DNA of 63,653 bases, the filler included. It is 6 parts of 6 records of this genome, joined end to end, with 100 filler letters (N's around TTAATTAATTAA, not from the genome) between each part and the next. Parts side by side here need not be neighbours in the genome. Positions count along the whole stretch, not along the records: positions 14,838 to 21,626 come from SRR31147125_13356; positions 21,727 to 27,854 come from SRR31147125_13419; positions 27,955 to 46,993 come from SRR31147125_13470; 3 more parts are not named here. One strand, written 5' to 3'. Position numbers and translations under genes: made by a program. The number at the start of each line of letters is the position of its first letter. The stretch's first letter is position 1. The notes under the pieces are model-generated. The model had not been told where the DNA came from, did no database searches, and worked only from the letters and a program-made list of their open reading frames with translations. Of this stretch, positions 21,409 to 31,828 are shown in pieces.

Positions 21409-21626
21409 GTGATGAGTGTTAGTTTAGTGGAAAATGGTGCTGCCCTTCAGTCAATGCGTAATTCTGATTTTGATGCATATAGTGCCTATGGTGAAGTCAT
21501 TGATAATTCGATACAGGCACATGCCAAAAATATAAGAGTCCATTTTGATTATGAGCCTGCAACTAATAAGCGTGATAAAGAAGGCCTCAAATATGTTGCA
21601 TTTGGTGATGATGGGGGTGGAATGGA
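21409..21626 (+). CDS. GHKL (MutL/MORC-like) ATPase, N-terminal fragment
   Basis: Bergerat motifs YGEVIDNSIQA and DDGGGM; SD GGGAGG; cut by the contig end. Confidence 0.8.
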
Positions 21627-21726
21627 NNNNNNNNNNNNNNNNNNNNNNNNNNNNNNNNNNNNNNNNNNNNTTAATTAATTAANNNNNNNNNNNNNNNNNN
21701 NNNNNNNNNNNNNNNNNNNNNNNNNN
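21627..21726. other. Artificial contig linker 2
   Basis: Same 100-nt N/TTAATTAATTAA spacer. Confidence 0.99.
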
Positions 21727-21898
21727 ACAGAGCTATTGAAACTTGCCACTCATTTTTGGGTTGAAAAATGCAACCTTAATCATTGAAGAGGTACAGGAAT
21801 CCGTAAGCCAATGGAAAACAATTGCCGCTGAGTCTCGTGTTTCCAAAGAAAACAGGCAGGGTATTCAAAAGATCCTGGACAAACTTGCAGGTACTTAA
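21727..21898 (+). CDS. C-terminal fragment of a HipA-like toxin kinase
   Basis: Manual translation, correcting one T-run indel: ELLKLATHFGLKNATLIIEEVQESVSQWKTIAAESRVS..., which resembles HipA C-termini. Confidence 0.55.
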
Positions 21899-22281
21899 AT
21901 TTTGCTTTTAGTTTCTTTATCCTGTACATTTTTATCAAATGACAACAAATTAAACATCTCACGCATTCGGCTCCATGTACCCTGTCACCATATCTTTGTT
22001 CAATCTAAGTCGCTGATAAATTAGTTGTAACATGTGTTAAGATTCTTTTACAAACAAATACTATCGACTTAACAACACTTTTTAAATCACAATTATTGCC
22101 AAAATGCTTGTGAGGTTGCTCAATTCCCAATTCGTCAAAACAAAAGCTAATCCTTTGTCATAGGCTGGAAGATATACCATTTCCATACCAGGTTATCACT
22201 TTAAAACCAATCTCACTAATTGATTTTAGTAGGTACTTCACTTAAATACATAAGCCTAATATGTGTAAACTAGGAGAATTT

Positions 22282-22545
22282 TCAAATTAGATAACTCAAT
22301 ATCTCATTCAAGGAAGTATCACCACTATAAAATAATTGTAATGCCGTTTCATTCAATTTTGCATACTTTATAGAATCTTCTTTGAAGTTGTTATTCCTGA
22401 TCTGCTCAGCTATTTTACCAGTGACAGGAATAATCTCATAAATTGCTTTACGACCGCTGTAGCCGGTATAATAACAATGGTCGCAACCTTGCGGAGTATA
22501 ATGTTTATCAATGGCTTTAGGTAGTTTTACCCCTTCAGGTAATAA
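22282..22545 (-). pseudogene. 3' part of a GspE/PilB secretion ATPase, separated by IS200
   Basis: Manual translation LLPEG...GCDHCYYTGYSGRKAIYEII...GDTSLNEI* (second CxxC of the Zn motif). Confidence 0.85.
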
Positions 22546-23109
22546 CTAAAAAACCACCTTCTTAGAAGGTGGGCTTGTAAGAAAGCCCCTATAAGGGGCC
22601 AAAATTGAGCCGCTGTTGCTCTTCAAGACGTTCTTGATCTTCTTGATACTTGACATATTTCTTGATCTTTTCTTCATCAAGACCAATTGTGTCCACACAG
22701 TAGCCCCTTGACCAGAAGTGATTGCCCCAATAAGGCTTAACTTTTAACTGTGGATAGCTTTTGAATATTTTTATTGCTGTCTTTCCTTTCAAAACTCCCA
22801 TGAGTTTCGATATGGAAAGCTTTGGAGGAACACTAACTATCAAATGCACATGATCTGACTGGATATTTATTTCTATCAGTTGGCAGTCTTTCCATTCAAG
22901 CAACATCGGGATATCTCGACTCAATTGATCTTTGACAAAACCTTCAAGAATACGGTATCGATATTTCGGAGTCCAAACGATATGATAGGAACACCGGTAG
23001 ATAACATGACTTAATTTCTTGAAATTACTCATGTCACTAAATTAAGAATTTTTAATGCAAAGCATTTTGAACATGACCACCACCAAAGGAGGTGGTTTTA
23101 TAGATTATA
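22546..23109 (-). mobile_element. IS200-type insertion sequence (~560 bp, tnpA only; ends approximate)
   Basis: tnpA flanked by related subterminal hairpins CCACCTTC-TTA-GAAGGTGG (22554-22572) and ACCACC-N9-GGTGGT (23076-23096); interrupts gspE. Confidence 0.88.
22589..23032 (-). CDS. tnpA: IS200/IS605 Y1 HUH transposase
   Basis: YHIVWTPKYR, DHVH (HUH), FWSRGY, YVKYQ. Confidence 0.95.
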   Translation of the reverse strand: MSNFKKLSHVIYRCSYHIVWTPKYRYRILEGFVKDQLSRDIPMLLEWKDCQLIEINIQSDHVHLIVSVPPKLSISKLMGVLKGKTAIKIFKSYPQLKVKPYWGNHFWSRGYCVDTIGLDEEKIKKYVKYQEDQERLEEQQRLNFGPL

Positions 23110-23715
23110 ATAAATTGAAAATTCTTCTTCTTTTTTACATTTGGGACACAAAACCCTTAACAGTCTTTGTGCCATTGAGATATTTAAAGTATTAGCCAAT
23201 AAGTACGGAGGTATATCCATGTCCAGCAATCTAGATATTGTACCATAAGCTGAATTAGTATGGATAGTTGAAAATACAAGATGACCAGTTAGCGATGCTC
23301 GAATTGCCATTTGGGCTGATTCTTTATCACGTATTTCCCCAAGCATGATTATATCAGGATCCTGCCTTAAAAACGTTCGCAAAGCTGCTGCAAAAGTAAG
23401 CCCAATATCTTCCTTGACCTGTACTTGATTTATTCCTTTCAATGTATATTCTACCGGATCTTCTATAGTTAAGATGTTAACATTTTCTTTATTTAAAAGC
23501 TTTAAGCTAGCATACAAAGTTGTTGTTTTCCCTGAACCTGTAGGGCCACTAATTAAAACAATGCCATGTGGTTTTTGAATAGATTTGAGATATTCAACCT
23601 GTTGATCTTTAGAAAAACCTAAATATTCAAGACTAACATTACCAATTTCTTTATTGAGTAGGCGAAGAACAACTTTCTCCCCATACAGGGTAGGCATTAT
23701 TGAGACTCGGATATC
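23110..23715 (-). pseudogene. Central part of a GspE/PilB ATPase, fused in frame to an IS4 transposase N-half
   Basis: DIRVSIMPT, GPTGSGKTTTLY, TIEDPVEY, LRQDPDIIMLGEIRD, TGHLVFSTIHTN, CPKC. Confidence 0.9.
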
Positions 23716-24505
23716 ACTTCTAAACTTTAGGTTTTTCTTTGCTCGTAAAACAAAGAATGCCGAGTGAGTTGTAATCACATAGAGTCTCGTAAAGTCATTA
23801 TATCCACGATCAAATATGTAATATGCTCCAGCTTCGTAAAATAGTTCATCCATTGCATTAACATCATTTACTTTGGCGGATGTTATGTATATAAATACAG
23901 GTATTTGAGTGGTTATTTCAAAAAGAGTATGGAGTTTAATTCCTCCTTTCTTTTTGCGAAACTTAGCCCACCAGAAAATGTTTAAACATAGGTCAATTGT
24001 TGATGAATCAAAGGCATAAATTTTTCCCTTTATCTGAAACTCATCATTAGCATTTTTCTTTCTGGCAGTATTAATTAAGCAATAAGCAAACTCTTCAAAT
24101 ATTTTGTAAGAACGTCTCTTGTTGGCTTTGGCTAGGTTGCCTTTAGTGACACTTTTACCAAAACCAAGATGATAAATCTTGTTGTAATGTGCATTAATAA
24201 CCAATATCAAATCACTTAAACTTTCACGATGTGTAAGTTGACCAAACATCATACAGAGTAATTGGTTCCAACAAGTAAAGTGCCGTACATATTTGTTGCC
24301 TGAATACTTGGCAACAATAGTATCAAACTTATTCTTATCAAGGAATGATGTTAGTTGAGCAAACACATATTTTCCAGTATTCATAGCAACGATTAATTAT
24401 TGCTAGAATATACCGTTTCAAATCCAATGGTTACGCAAATCACTCACAATATAGATTCACAAAGGATTTCAAAGAACGTTTTAATATTTTTAGTCAACAC
24501 TAGTG
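23716..24505 (-). mobile_element. Truncated IS4-family element (DUF4372 + partial DDE transposase, ATG at 24384)
   Basis: MNTGKYVFAQL, FTCWNQLLCMMFGQL, DSSTIDLC, IKLHT, FDRGY; probable left end CACTAGTG at 24505; third catalytic residue and right end missing. Confidence 0.82.
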
Positions 24506-24512
24506 ATATTAA

Positions 24513-26813
24513 TTAGTTATTTAAATCCATTTTTAGTTTTACAAGTTCTAATTTAGAATCGTATCTCCCTTTTTGTTTTTCTCCATTAACAATTGCTGAA
24601 GATGATTTTGAATAAAATTCAAAATCGATATTCTTCTGCCCTTGAAACAAAATTTTTGGGGCAATATTAAAATCTAAAATATTCGCTGTATATTTTGATA
24701 AGGCATGAACGAGTACCTGATCATTACGTCTGATATAACTTCCGTGCGTAACAAAGAGGTTTGAAATATTGTCTATTTTACTTTTATCCTGCCCCGTTTT
24801 AAATGTAAGCGCCATTAAGTAAGCATCTGTATCCCAGCCATTCATATTAACAACGCTGTTCCGGTGTTTTAAGCTGCCATCTGCCAAAAGGTTTAAGTAC
24901 ACTTCTGTGGTTTCTCCATTTTGAGTAATACGTACACCCAAAAAATGTTTTCCTTCAAAGCGTTCTACTTGAGGAAGATTGTTTCCAGTTTCTTTATCTT
25001 TTAAAATGATTGCATTCACGAACTTTGTTCGTGCGGTTTTTTCAGGGTGACTTACAGACCAATATGGAATCTTATTTTCAGGATGATGATCTTCCCAGCC
25101 CCAACGTTGTTGGAGTGTCATCTGCTCTGGAAAATCATGTGGCAATCCTCCATCTGGAAAAGTCTCAGGGAATAATGGTTTCACTATTACTTCTGCATCT
25201 CCATCCTTAATTGAAAGGTTTTGCCCTCGTCGCTTTGATTCTCCATTGTAATGCAACAACCATTCGAACTTACCCGGTTCATAAGCCAACAAATCATCAA
25301 CAACCAAAATTACATCACCAATCCATAAGAAACTTCTGTAGTTTCTTGAAAGGATGCGGGAATAAGGACCTGTTGCATTCGCCAAAACATATTTTAAATT
25401 TCCGGCATCAATTAAATTATGAATTGATGCATGATTGACTGAGCCAAAGTAAGGTGCATTTTGTTCTTCCCCTTTTCCATTCCATAGCACAACATTGTGT
25501 GCCTCGCTTTGACAGTAATATTTAGTGTATAGTGGATTTCCATACGAAGAATTCCCGGAATCAATAATCAGGTTTTTTCCCTTATGAAACAGGATATATG
25601 ATCCAGCATCTGCATGTGCATGATTCCAGGTAAATCCTGATTTTACAGCTAAAAGTGTGGCATTATCCTCCCAGGAGTTTCGCAGAGTTGCCCATCCCAT
25701 ATCCGGATAAATAGATGATTTGGATATATCCGGTCTATAATCTTTATCAAGTTTTTCAAACTCTGGATACAGAAGCAAGCCTACGGGTGAATTTAACTGG
25801 AGACCTTCTTTATCTGTTCCTTTTGAGACTTTATTTAAATACCAGGCATAGCGATCCTGCTGAAAACCTAAATTCCACAATAGAAGTACGCAGGCATTTC
25901 CGTTTCGGCGTATACTACTATCACCAAAATTTACCGATAATGGTTTTCCAGTCTCAACATAGTAAGTTGTTGAAATGAAAAAATCAGCCATCTTATCCAA
26001 AACCGGAATTTCACTTTGTTTGTACTTTGGCATCACATTATTCAGAGCAAGACGGAACAAGAGGTATTGTGAAACTCCATAGGAAGCATAGTTAATACTT
26101 TCCCAAAAACCACCGTTGCGATCGAAAGTAAAAATCTTATTCTGAAGTATACTCCCTGAATAATTGAACCATTCACTTGAAGTCGCTTCAATCTCCTTCG
26201 CCCAAACTTCAGCTTCGGGAACTTCATTGCGTATTGCAAGTGAGGCAAATCCGGCCATGTATACACATGCACTCCACCAGTTGTGCCCCATCGTATCAAA
26301 GGTGTGAAAATTGGTCGTAGGAATAATCCAATCCTCACGTAAAGGGGCTATGCCTACTTTAACAAAACCTTTGGAAATTTTATTGCGTTCAGATTTTGTC
26401 AAAAAATCATAAACACAATCATAACCAATAGCAATATAAAAACTGGTATGTGAAGTAGGTAAGCCACCCCGCCACGGAGGAGTTCGGTTCAACAGGTCAC
26501 GACCTTCCCAAGTTTCCCTACTGGTATAATCAATCAAGATTTCCTTAATAGATTCAGCATATTTAGCTTCACTAGTCATTCGGTAAACCAACCCCAAAAC
26601 CTGACAATCAGCCGATCCAAGCCGATCTCTTTCTAACAATTTATTAGCTATTTCCAATTGGGTTTCCCAGGCGTTGCGAACGTCTTCGTTCTTTACTATC
26701 TGTTCTTTTAAACGACTTATATTTTCATCGGTGTGAAGCAGGTAAGCACGTTTTTGAGCATAAACTGAGATGCTCAAAACCAAAGTGATAATTAGAATGC
26801 AAATCCTTTTCAT
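24513..26813 (-). CDS. Heparinase II/III-like polysaccharide lyase, secreted
   Basis: Signal peptide; HNWW, ESINYASY, HAHADAGS, IIDSG..Y, HNVVL. Confidence 0.8.
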   Translation of the reverse strand: MKRICILIITLVLSISVYAQKRAYLLHTDENISRLKEQIVKNEDVRNAWETQLEIANKLLERDRLGSADCQVLGLVYRMTSEAKYAESIKEILIDYTSRETWEGRDLLNRTPPWRGGLPTSHTSFYIAIGYDCVYDFLTKSERNKISKGFVKVGIAPLREDWIIPTTNFHTFDTMGHNWWSACVYMAGFASLAIRNEVPEAEVWAKEIEATSSEWFNYSGSILQNKIFTFDRNGGFWESINYASYGVSQYLLFRLALNNVMPKYKQSEIPVLDKMADFFISTTYYVETGKPLSVNFGDSSIRRNGNACVLLLWNLGFQQDRYAWYLNKVSKGTDKEGLQLNSPVGLLLYPEFEKLDKDYRPDISKSSIYPDMGWATLRNSWEDNATLLAVKSGFTWNHAHADAGSYILFHKGKNLIIDSGNSSYGNPLYTKYYCQSEAHNVVLWNGKGEEQNAPYFGSVNHASIHNLIDAGNLKYVLANATGPYSRILSRNYRSFLWIGDVILVVDDLLAYEPGKFEWLLHYNGESKRRGQNLSIKDGDAEVIVKPLFPETFPDGGLPHDFPEQMTLQQRWGWEDHHPENKIPYWSVSHPEKTARTKFVNAIILKDKETGNNLPQVERFEGKHFLGVRITQNGETTEVYLNLLADGSLKHRNSVVNMNGWDTDAYLMALTFKTGQDKSKIDNISNLFVTHGSYIRRNDQVLVHALSKYTANILDFNIAPKILFQGQKNIDFEFYSKSSSAIVNGEKQKGRYDSKLELVKLKMDLNN

Positions 26814-26833
26814 ATTTTTTATCTTATCATTTA

Positions 26834-27854
26834 CTAATTCGTAATGTAAAAACTTTGCTCAACCGGATCAGCCGATTGTATTTTGGGTTCATCGAAACGT
26901 CCGTATTGCCAGGCTACTACTGTAACTTTTAAAGGAAATTTACTGCGAGGAGGAATTTTTGTGAATACTAACTTTCCATTCTTAAACTCTACAGGACCTT
27001 CTTTTACATAGAAATAAACTGGTAATTCAGAACTCGATTTTGCATGAAGTTGAACTGACTTATTTTTTTGCTCTTGATCGGAAATAGGCTCAAATGTAAT
27101 GCACTGCCTCAAGCCTTCTTTATGCCGATATGGAATTCGAATATTTAATTGTTGAACCGTACTTTTGTAGTTTTCATCGCCCAAATGATGAGCCAGCAAC
27201 CATATATCTCCAGTTCTTCTTTCATTATTCATTCCCATTCTGTAAAAACGAACAGTAAAAGTTGTGTCATTAACTTTTTCAACCGGCCCGCAAATCCGGC
27301 TTATTTCGGGCAAGCCATCTGCATGATCATCAGATAATCGACTTCGCAAAGTATCGGTAAAAGCTGCTTTTAAATAAAAGGTGAGTCCATCAGCTTCAGG
27401 AACAAATTTTCCGGCAATTCGGGCATGAAGCTTTTCGTTAAAAGGCAATAATTTGTCTTCTTGCAGATATCCAATGTACTGATCTTTCTTACCACGCTCG
27501 CGGGCATAATATGCTTCGGTCGTTTCGGCCATTTCCCGATCGAAATACCAAAAAGCATCATGCGAATCACCGGAGTATTTTTTGAACGGTGCTGCGTCGG
27601 CTCGTTGCTGTTGATTGAGAGACCATCTTTCGGCTAACCAGCCATTACTTGGATTTAGTTTTGCCAACTGAACAGTTGTGTCCATTGGCTGATTTTCAGG
27701 CAGACGGTATTGTGCAGCCTTTTTCAGAAAAAGCGACAGATATGCCACCACTTCATCGGACACATCGAAATGCCCATGTCCCGAATCGCACAAAAAGGAA
27801 ATACAACTTTCAGGGTACATCATTCGGAAAGCCAGTGCCGGATTTACCCGGGCT
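26834..27854 (-). CDS. Hypothetical protein of a polysaccharide-utilisation region, 5' truncated
   Basis: Open frame to the contig end; GHGHFD motif and a beta-rich C-terminus. Confidence 0.55.
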
Positions 27855-27954
27855 NNNNNNNNNNNNNNNNNNNNNNNNNNNNNNNNNNNNNNNNNNNNTT
27901 AATTAATTAANNNNNNNNNNNNNNNNNNNNNNNNNNNNNNNNNNNNNNNNNNNN
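27855..27954. other. Artificial contig linker 3
   Basis: Same 100-nt spacer. Confidence 0.99.
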
Positions 27955-28546
27955 CCCAACCGTTTCCATACTATTAATAAATATTTGTAAGGAGATTGTG
28001 GTCGGGGTGCTTTTAGGTTTTCTTGCTTCTATGCTGTTTGCTGGCATTGAATTAGCGGGCCAACTGATTGCTGTACAAATGGGTTTTGGAATGGTGAATA
28101 TAATGGATCCACAAGCTAAGCACAATATTACAATTATTAGTCAAATTCAGGTTTTGCTCGCCAGTATGATTTTTCTGGCTATTGATGGGCATCATTTTTT
28201 ACTGAATGGTTTGTTTCAAAGTTTTTCAGCCATTCCACCATTAACTGCTCATTTTCAACAGGAAATTTTTAACGTCAACATGAAGATGGCCAGCTCAATT
28301 TTTTTGGCAGCGGTTAAAATAGGAGCTCCGGTTATTGTATCATTGCTGATTACGAGCATTGCTTTAGGGCTTACGGCACGTGTCGTTCCGCAAATGAATG
28401 TTTTTATTGTGGGAATGCCTTTAAAAATTGGTATAGGATTAGCTGTCATGGCTTTTTCGTTACCTTTGTTTGCCTATGTTTTTAACTCGGTTTTCATTCA
28501 GTTTAAATCTGATTTTTTTGTTATGATGGGTCTTCTCGGTAGGTAG
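27955..28546 (+). CDS. fliR: Flagellar export protein FliR, 5' truncated
   Basis: AGQLIAVQMGFG..DP, DGHH, RVVPQMNVFIVGMPLK. Confidence 0.95.
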
Positions 28547-28596
28547 TAACTGAACAACTATATTTGAAAACATTTTTTAAATCTATTAAATAAGAT

Positions 28597-29664
28597 ATGG
28601 CACAGGAATCTTTTCAAGAAAAAACTGAACAGGCAACGCCGCAGCGTAAAAGAGAGGCGAAAGAGAAAGGGAATGTTCCCAGAAGTAATGAGGTGAACTC
28701 AGCTGTCATCCTGATTATCTCAAGTCTTGTTTTTTTAATCCTGGGTAAATCAATGTATCATCAATTATTAACTCTAATAAAGTTGGTTTTGATGAATTTA
28801 TCATCTATTGATATAAATATTGATAATATGCAGGATATGGCAATCAAAGGAGGGACTAGCTTTGCCCTTATCACTGGCCCTTTCATGTTAATAATAATGA
28901 TTGGCGGCGTTATTTCCAATGTAATGCAATCGGGTATTACATTTACAGCAAGCTCGTTACAGCCCAAAATTGAAAAGATTAGTCCACTGGCTGGTTTTAA
29001 ACGTATGTTTTCACTTCGCTCTTTGGTGGAACTGGTTAAAAATATTTTAAAATTGTTAATAATTGGATATGTAAGCTATAAAACTGTTAAAAATGAATTT
29101 GATGCATTTTTATATCTTTCAGGTCAGGATGCTTCTCAAATAGCCGCTTTCATCGGCGTAATGTGCTTAAAACTTTCTATCAGAGTAGGTTTGGTTTTTG
29201 CCGTGATAGCTGCTTTAGATTTTGCTTATCAGAAATATGAATACCTAAAGAATCTCAAAATGACCAAACAAGAGGTTAAAGAAGAGTTTAAGCAAACAGA
29301 AGGGGATCCGATGATAAAGTCCCGGATCCGTTCTATCCAAAGAGAACAATCCAGGAATCGGATGCTAAAGGATGTACCACAGGCCGATGTGGTTATAACA
29401 AATCCAACACATTATGCTGTAGCAATCAAATATGATCCTGAAAAATCATCAGCACCTATTGTCGTTGCCAAAGGTATGCGGAAATTGGCACAAAAAATAA
29501 AACAAATTGCCAGAGAAAATGATGTCCCTGTCATTGAAAAACCACTGGTTGCCAGAATGCTTTACAAATCAGCTCAGGTCGGAGACGAGATTCCAATGGA
29601 ATTGTATCAGGTTGTCGCTGAAATATTAGCGCATGTTTATCAAATGAAGAATAGAATGAATTAA
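28597..29664 (+). CDS. flhB: Flagellar export switch protein FlhB
   Basis: EKTEQATP, KMTKQEVKEE.KQTEGDP, autocleavage motif NPTH. Confidence 0.97.
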   Translation: MAQESFQEKTEQATPQRKREAKEKGNVPRSNEVNSAVILIISSLVFLILGKSMYHQLLTLIKLVLMNLSSIDINIDNMQDMAIKGGTSFALITGPFMLIIMIGGVISNVMQSGITFTASSLQPKIEKISPLAGFKRMFSLRSLVELVKNILKLLIIGYVSYKTVKNEFDAFLYLSGQDASQIAAFIGVMCLKLSIRVGLVFAVIAALDFAYQKYEYLKNLKMTKQEVKEEFKQTEGDPMIKSRIRSIQREQSRNRMLKDVPQADVVITNPTHYAVAIKYDPEKSSAPIVVAKGMRKLAQKIKQIARENDVPVIEKPLVARMLYKSAQVGDEIPMELYQVVAEILAHVYQMKNRMN

Positions 29665-29750
29665 ACTGTTGAACATTAATTTACCCTTTTAAGCTAACTT
29701 GTGGTATAATCGCACTAAATATAACATTCAATAATAAAGAGCAATGACAA

Positions 29751-31828
29751 ATGCCCCCAGGTATTAATTTAAAAACAATCACAAAGAATAGCGATATTGC
29801 TTTAGCTGCCGGAGTTATCGGCATTTTGATCGTGATGCTTATTCCTTTACCTCCAGCTATCATGGATTTGTTACTGGCACTTAATGTCGCTTTGGCTTTG
29901 CTCATACTGTTGGTTTCCATGTATATCACCAAACCGCTTCAATTTTCTGTTTTTCCGGGTTTGCTGTTGATTATAACACTTTTTCGATTATCCCTAAATG
30001 TTGGGACAACAAGACTCATACTTGGAGATGGTTACGCAGGTAAAATGATCGAGGCTTTTGGCGCTTTTGTGATGAAAGGTAATTATGTTGTTGGTTTTAT
30101 TATCTTTCTCATTCTTGTTATCATAAACTTTGTTGTCATTACCAAAGGTGCTGGAAGAATTGCAGAAGTCGCTGCCCGGTTTACATTAGATTCTATGCCT
30201 GGTAAACAAATGAGTATTGATGCTGATTTGAATGCAGGGATTATTGATGAATCAGAAGCAAGGGCACGTAGAGAGGAAGTTTCTCAGGAAGCGGATTTCT
30301 ATGGAGCTATGGATGGTGCCAGTAAATTTGTACGCGGAGATGCTATTGCCGGATTGATTATCACAGCATTAAATATTGTTGGTGGTTTTATTATCGGTAT
30401 TGCACAACTCAATATGAGCCTTACTGATGCACTTGGTACCTTTACTCGTTTGACTGTTGGTGATGGACTCGTTTCACAAATACCCGCTCTTATCATTTCA
30501 ACAGCATCCGGTATGATCGTTACAAGGGCGGCTTCATCGTCTAATTTGAGTCAGGATTTGTTGAAACAACTTTTCCTGAATGCCCGCGTTGCCTATATCG
30601 CAGCTGTTGTACTGATTCTGCTTGCTATGACGCCTGGTTTACCGTTTTTCCCTTTTTTTTACTGGCCGGTGGTATGGGAACTGTGGGGTATCTGCTGAAT
30701 AATAAACCGGAAGAAATAGTAGAAGAAGAAGGTGACGAAGATGAACCTGTAATAGAAGACAATATTCAAGATTACCTGAGAGTCGATCAAGTTGAGTTGG
30801 AAATAGGCTATAATCTAATTCCATTGGTTGATGCAAATCAGTCAGGGGATCTTTTATCGAGGATAACACAGATTCGGAAACAATGTGCCATCGAATTGGG
30901 TGTCATAATACCGCCTATCCGGATAAGAGATAATATGCAGCTCAAACCGAATGAATATATTATCCTTATTAAAGGCAACGAGGTGGCCCGGAACAGTGTG
31001 ATGTTAGGTCACTATCTTGCCTTAAATCCAGGTGCAACTGAAGTGGAATTAAAAGGTGAAAAAGTCAAAGAACCGGCTTTTGGACTGCCAGCAACCTGGG
31101 TCAAAGGTGAGGAAAAAGATAAAGCTGAATTAATGGGATATTCCATCGTCAGTCCCACGTCTGTAATGGCAACTCATTTATCTGAAATATTAAAATTAAA
31201 TGCACACCTGATTTTAACGCGCCAGGATGTTCATGAGTTATTGGATAATTTAAAGCAACATCAGGCAGCCCTGATTTCTGAACTCGTCCCCAATGTTTAT
31301 ACCGAGGGTGCGGTTGAAAAAGTTATAAAAAATTTACTTGGCGAAAGAGTATCTGTCAGAGATCTGGCCACAATATTGGAGACCATGGGTGAACACTCTG
31401 GTCAGATAAAAGATCTGGATTTACTTACAGAATATGTACGCCAGGCTTTGAATCGAACCATTGCCGCCCAGTTTAAGGATGGTGAGGGAATTATTAATGC
31501 ACTTACTCTCGATGGTCAGCTTGAGCAAACACTAAATAAGGCTATCGAAGATGCGAAAAAATCCGGTGTTAATAATACACAAGCGCTCGGATTTGCTCTG
31601 TCAACAGAAGTATTGCAGAGATTATTGGCTTCCATATCAGAACTTATTAATAAATTAGAAGAACAAGGGATACAGCCAATTATCATCACATCACCTACAC
31701 TAAGGGTCTATTTGAAAAAACTTGTTGAACCTATTTTTAAAACGTTAATTATTTTGTCTTATGCTGAAATACCTGCAAATATAGAGATAAAATCATTAGG
31801 AAGCGTGAGGTTAAATTATGAGGGTTGA
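29751..31828 (+). CDS. flhA: Flagellar export ATPase-platform protein FlhA (frameshift in the T-run ~30653-30660)
   Basis: [51 protein letters not shown]; cytoplasmic domain in ORF 30674. Confidence 0.95.

Noticed and set aside
16195-21626. Definite call as BREX type 4 or canonical SspABCD-E
   Set aside because: No pglZ, brxL, sspA or sspE is visible, the next gene is a GHKL ATPase, and the contig is truncated.
21409-21898. GHKL ATPase and HipA as parts of one defence operon
   Set aside because: They are separated by a linker and lie on different contigs.
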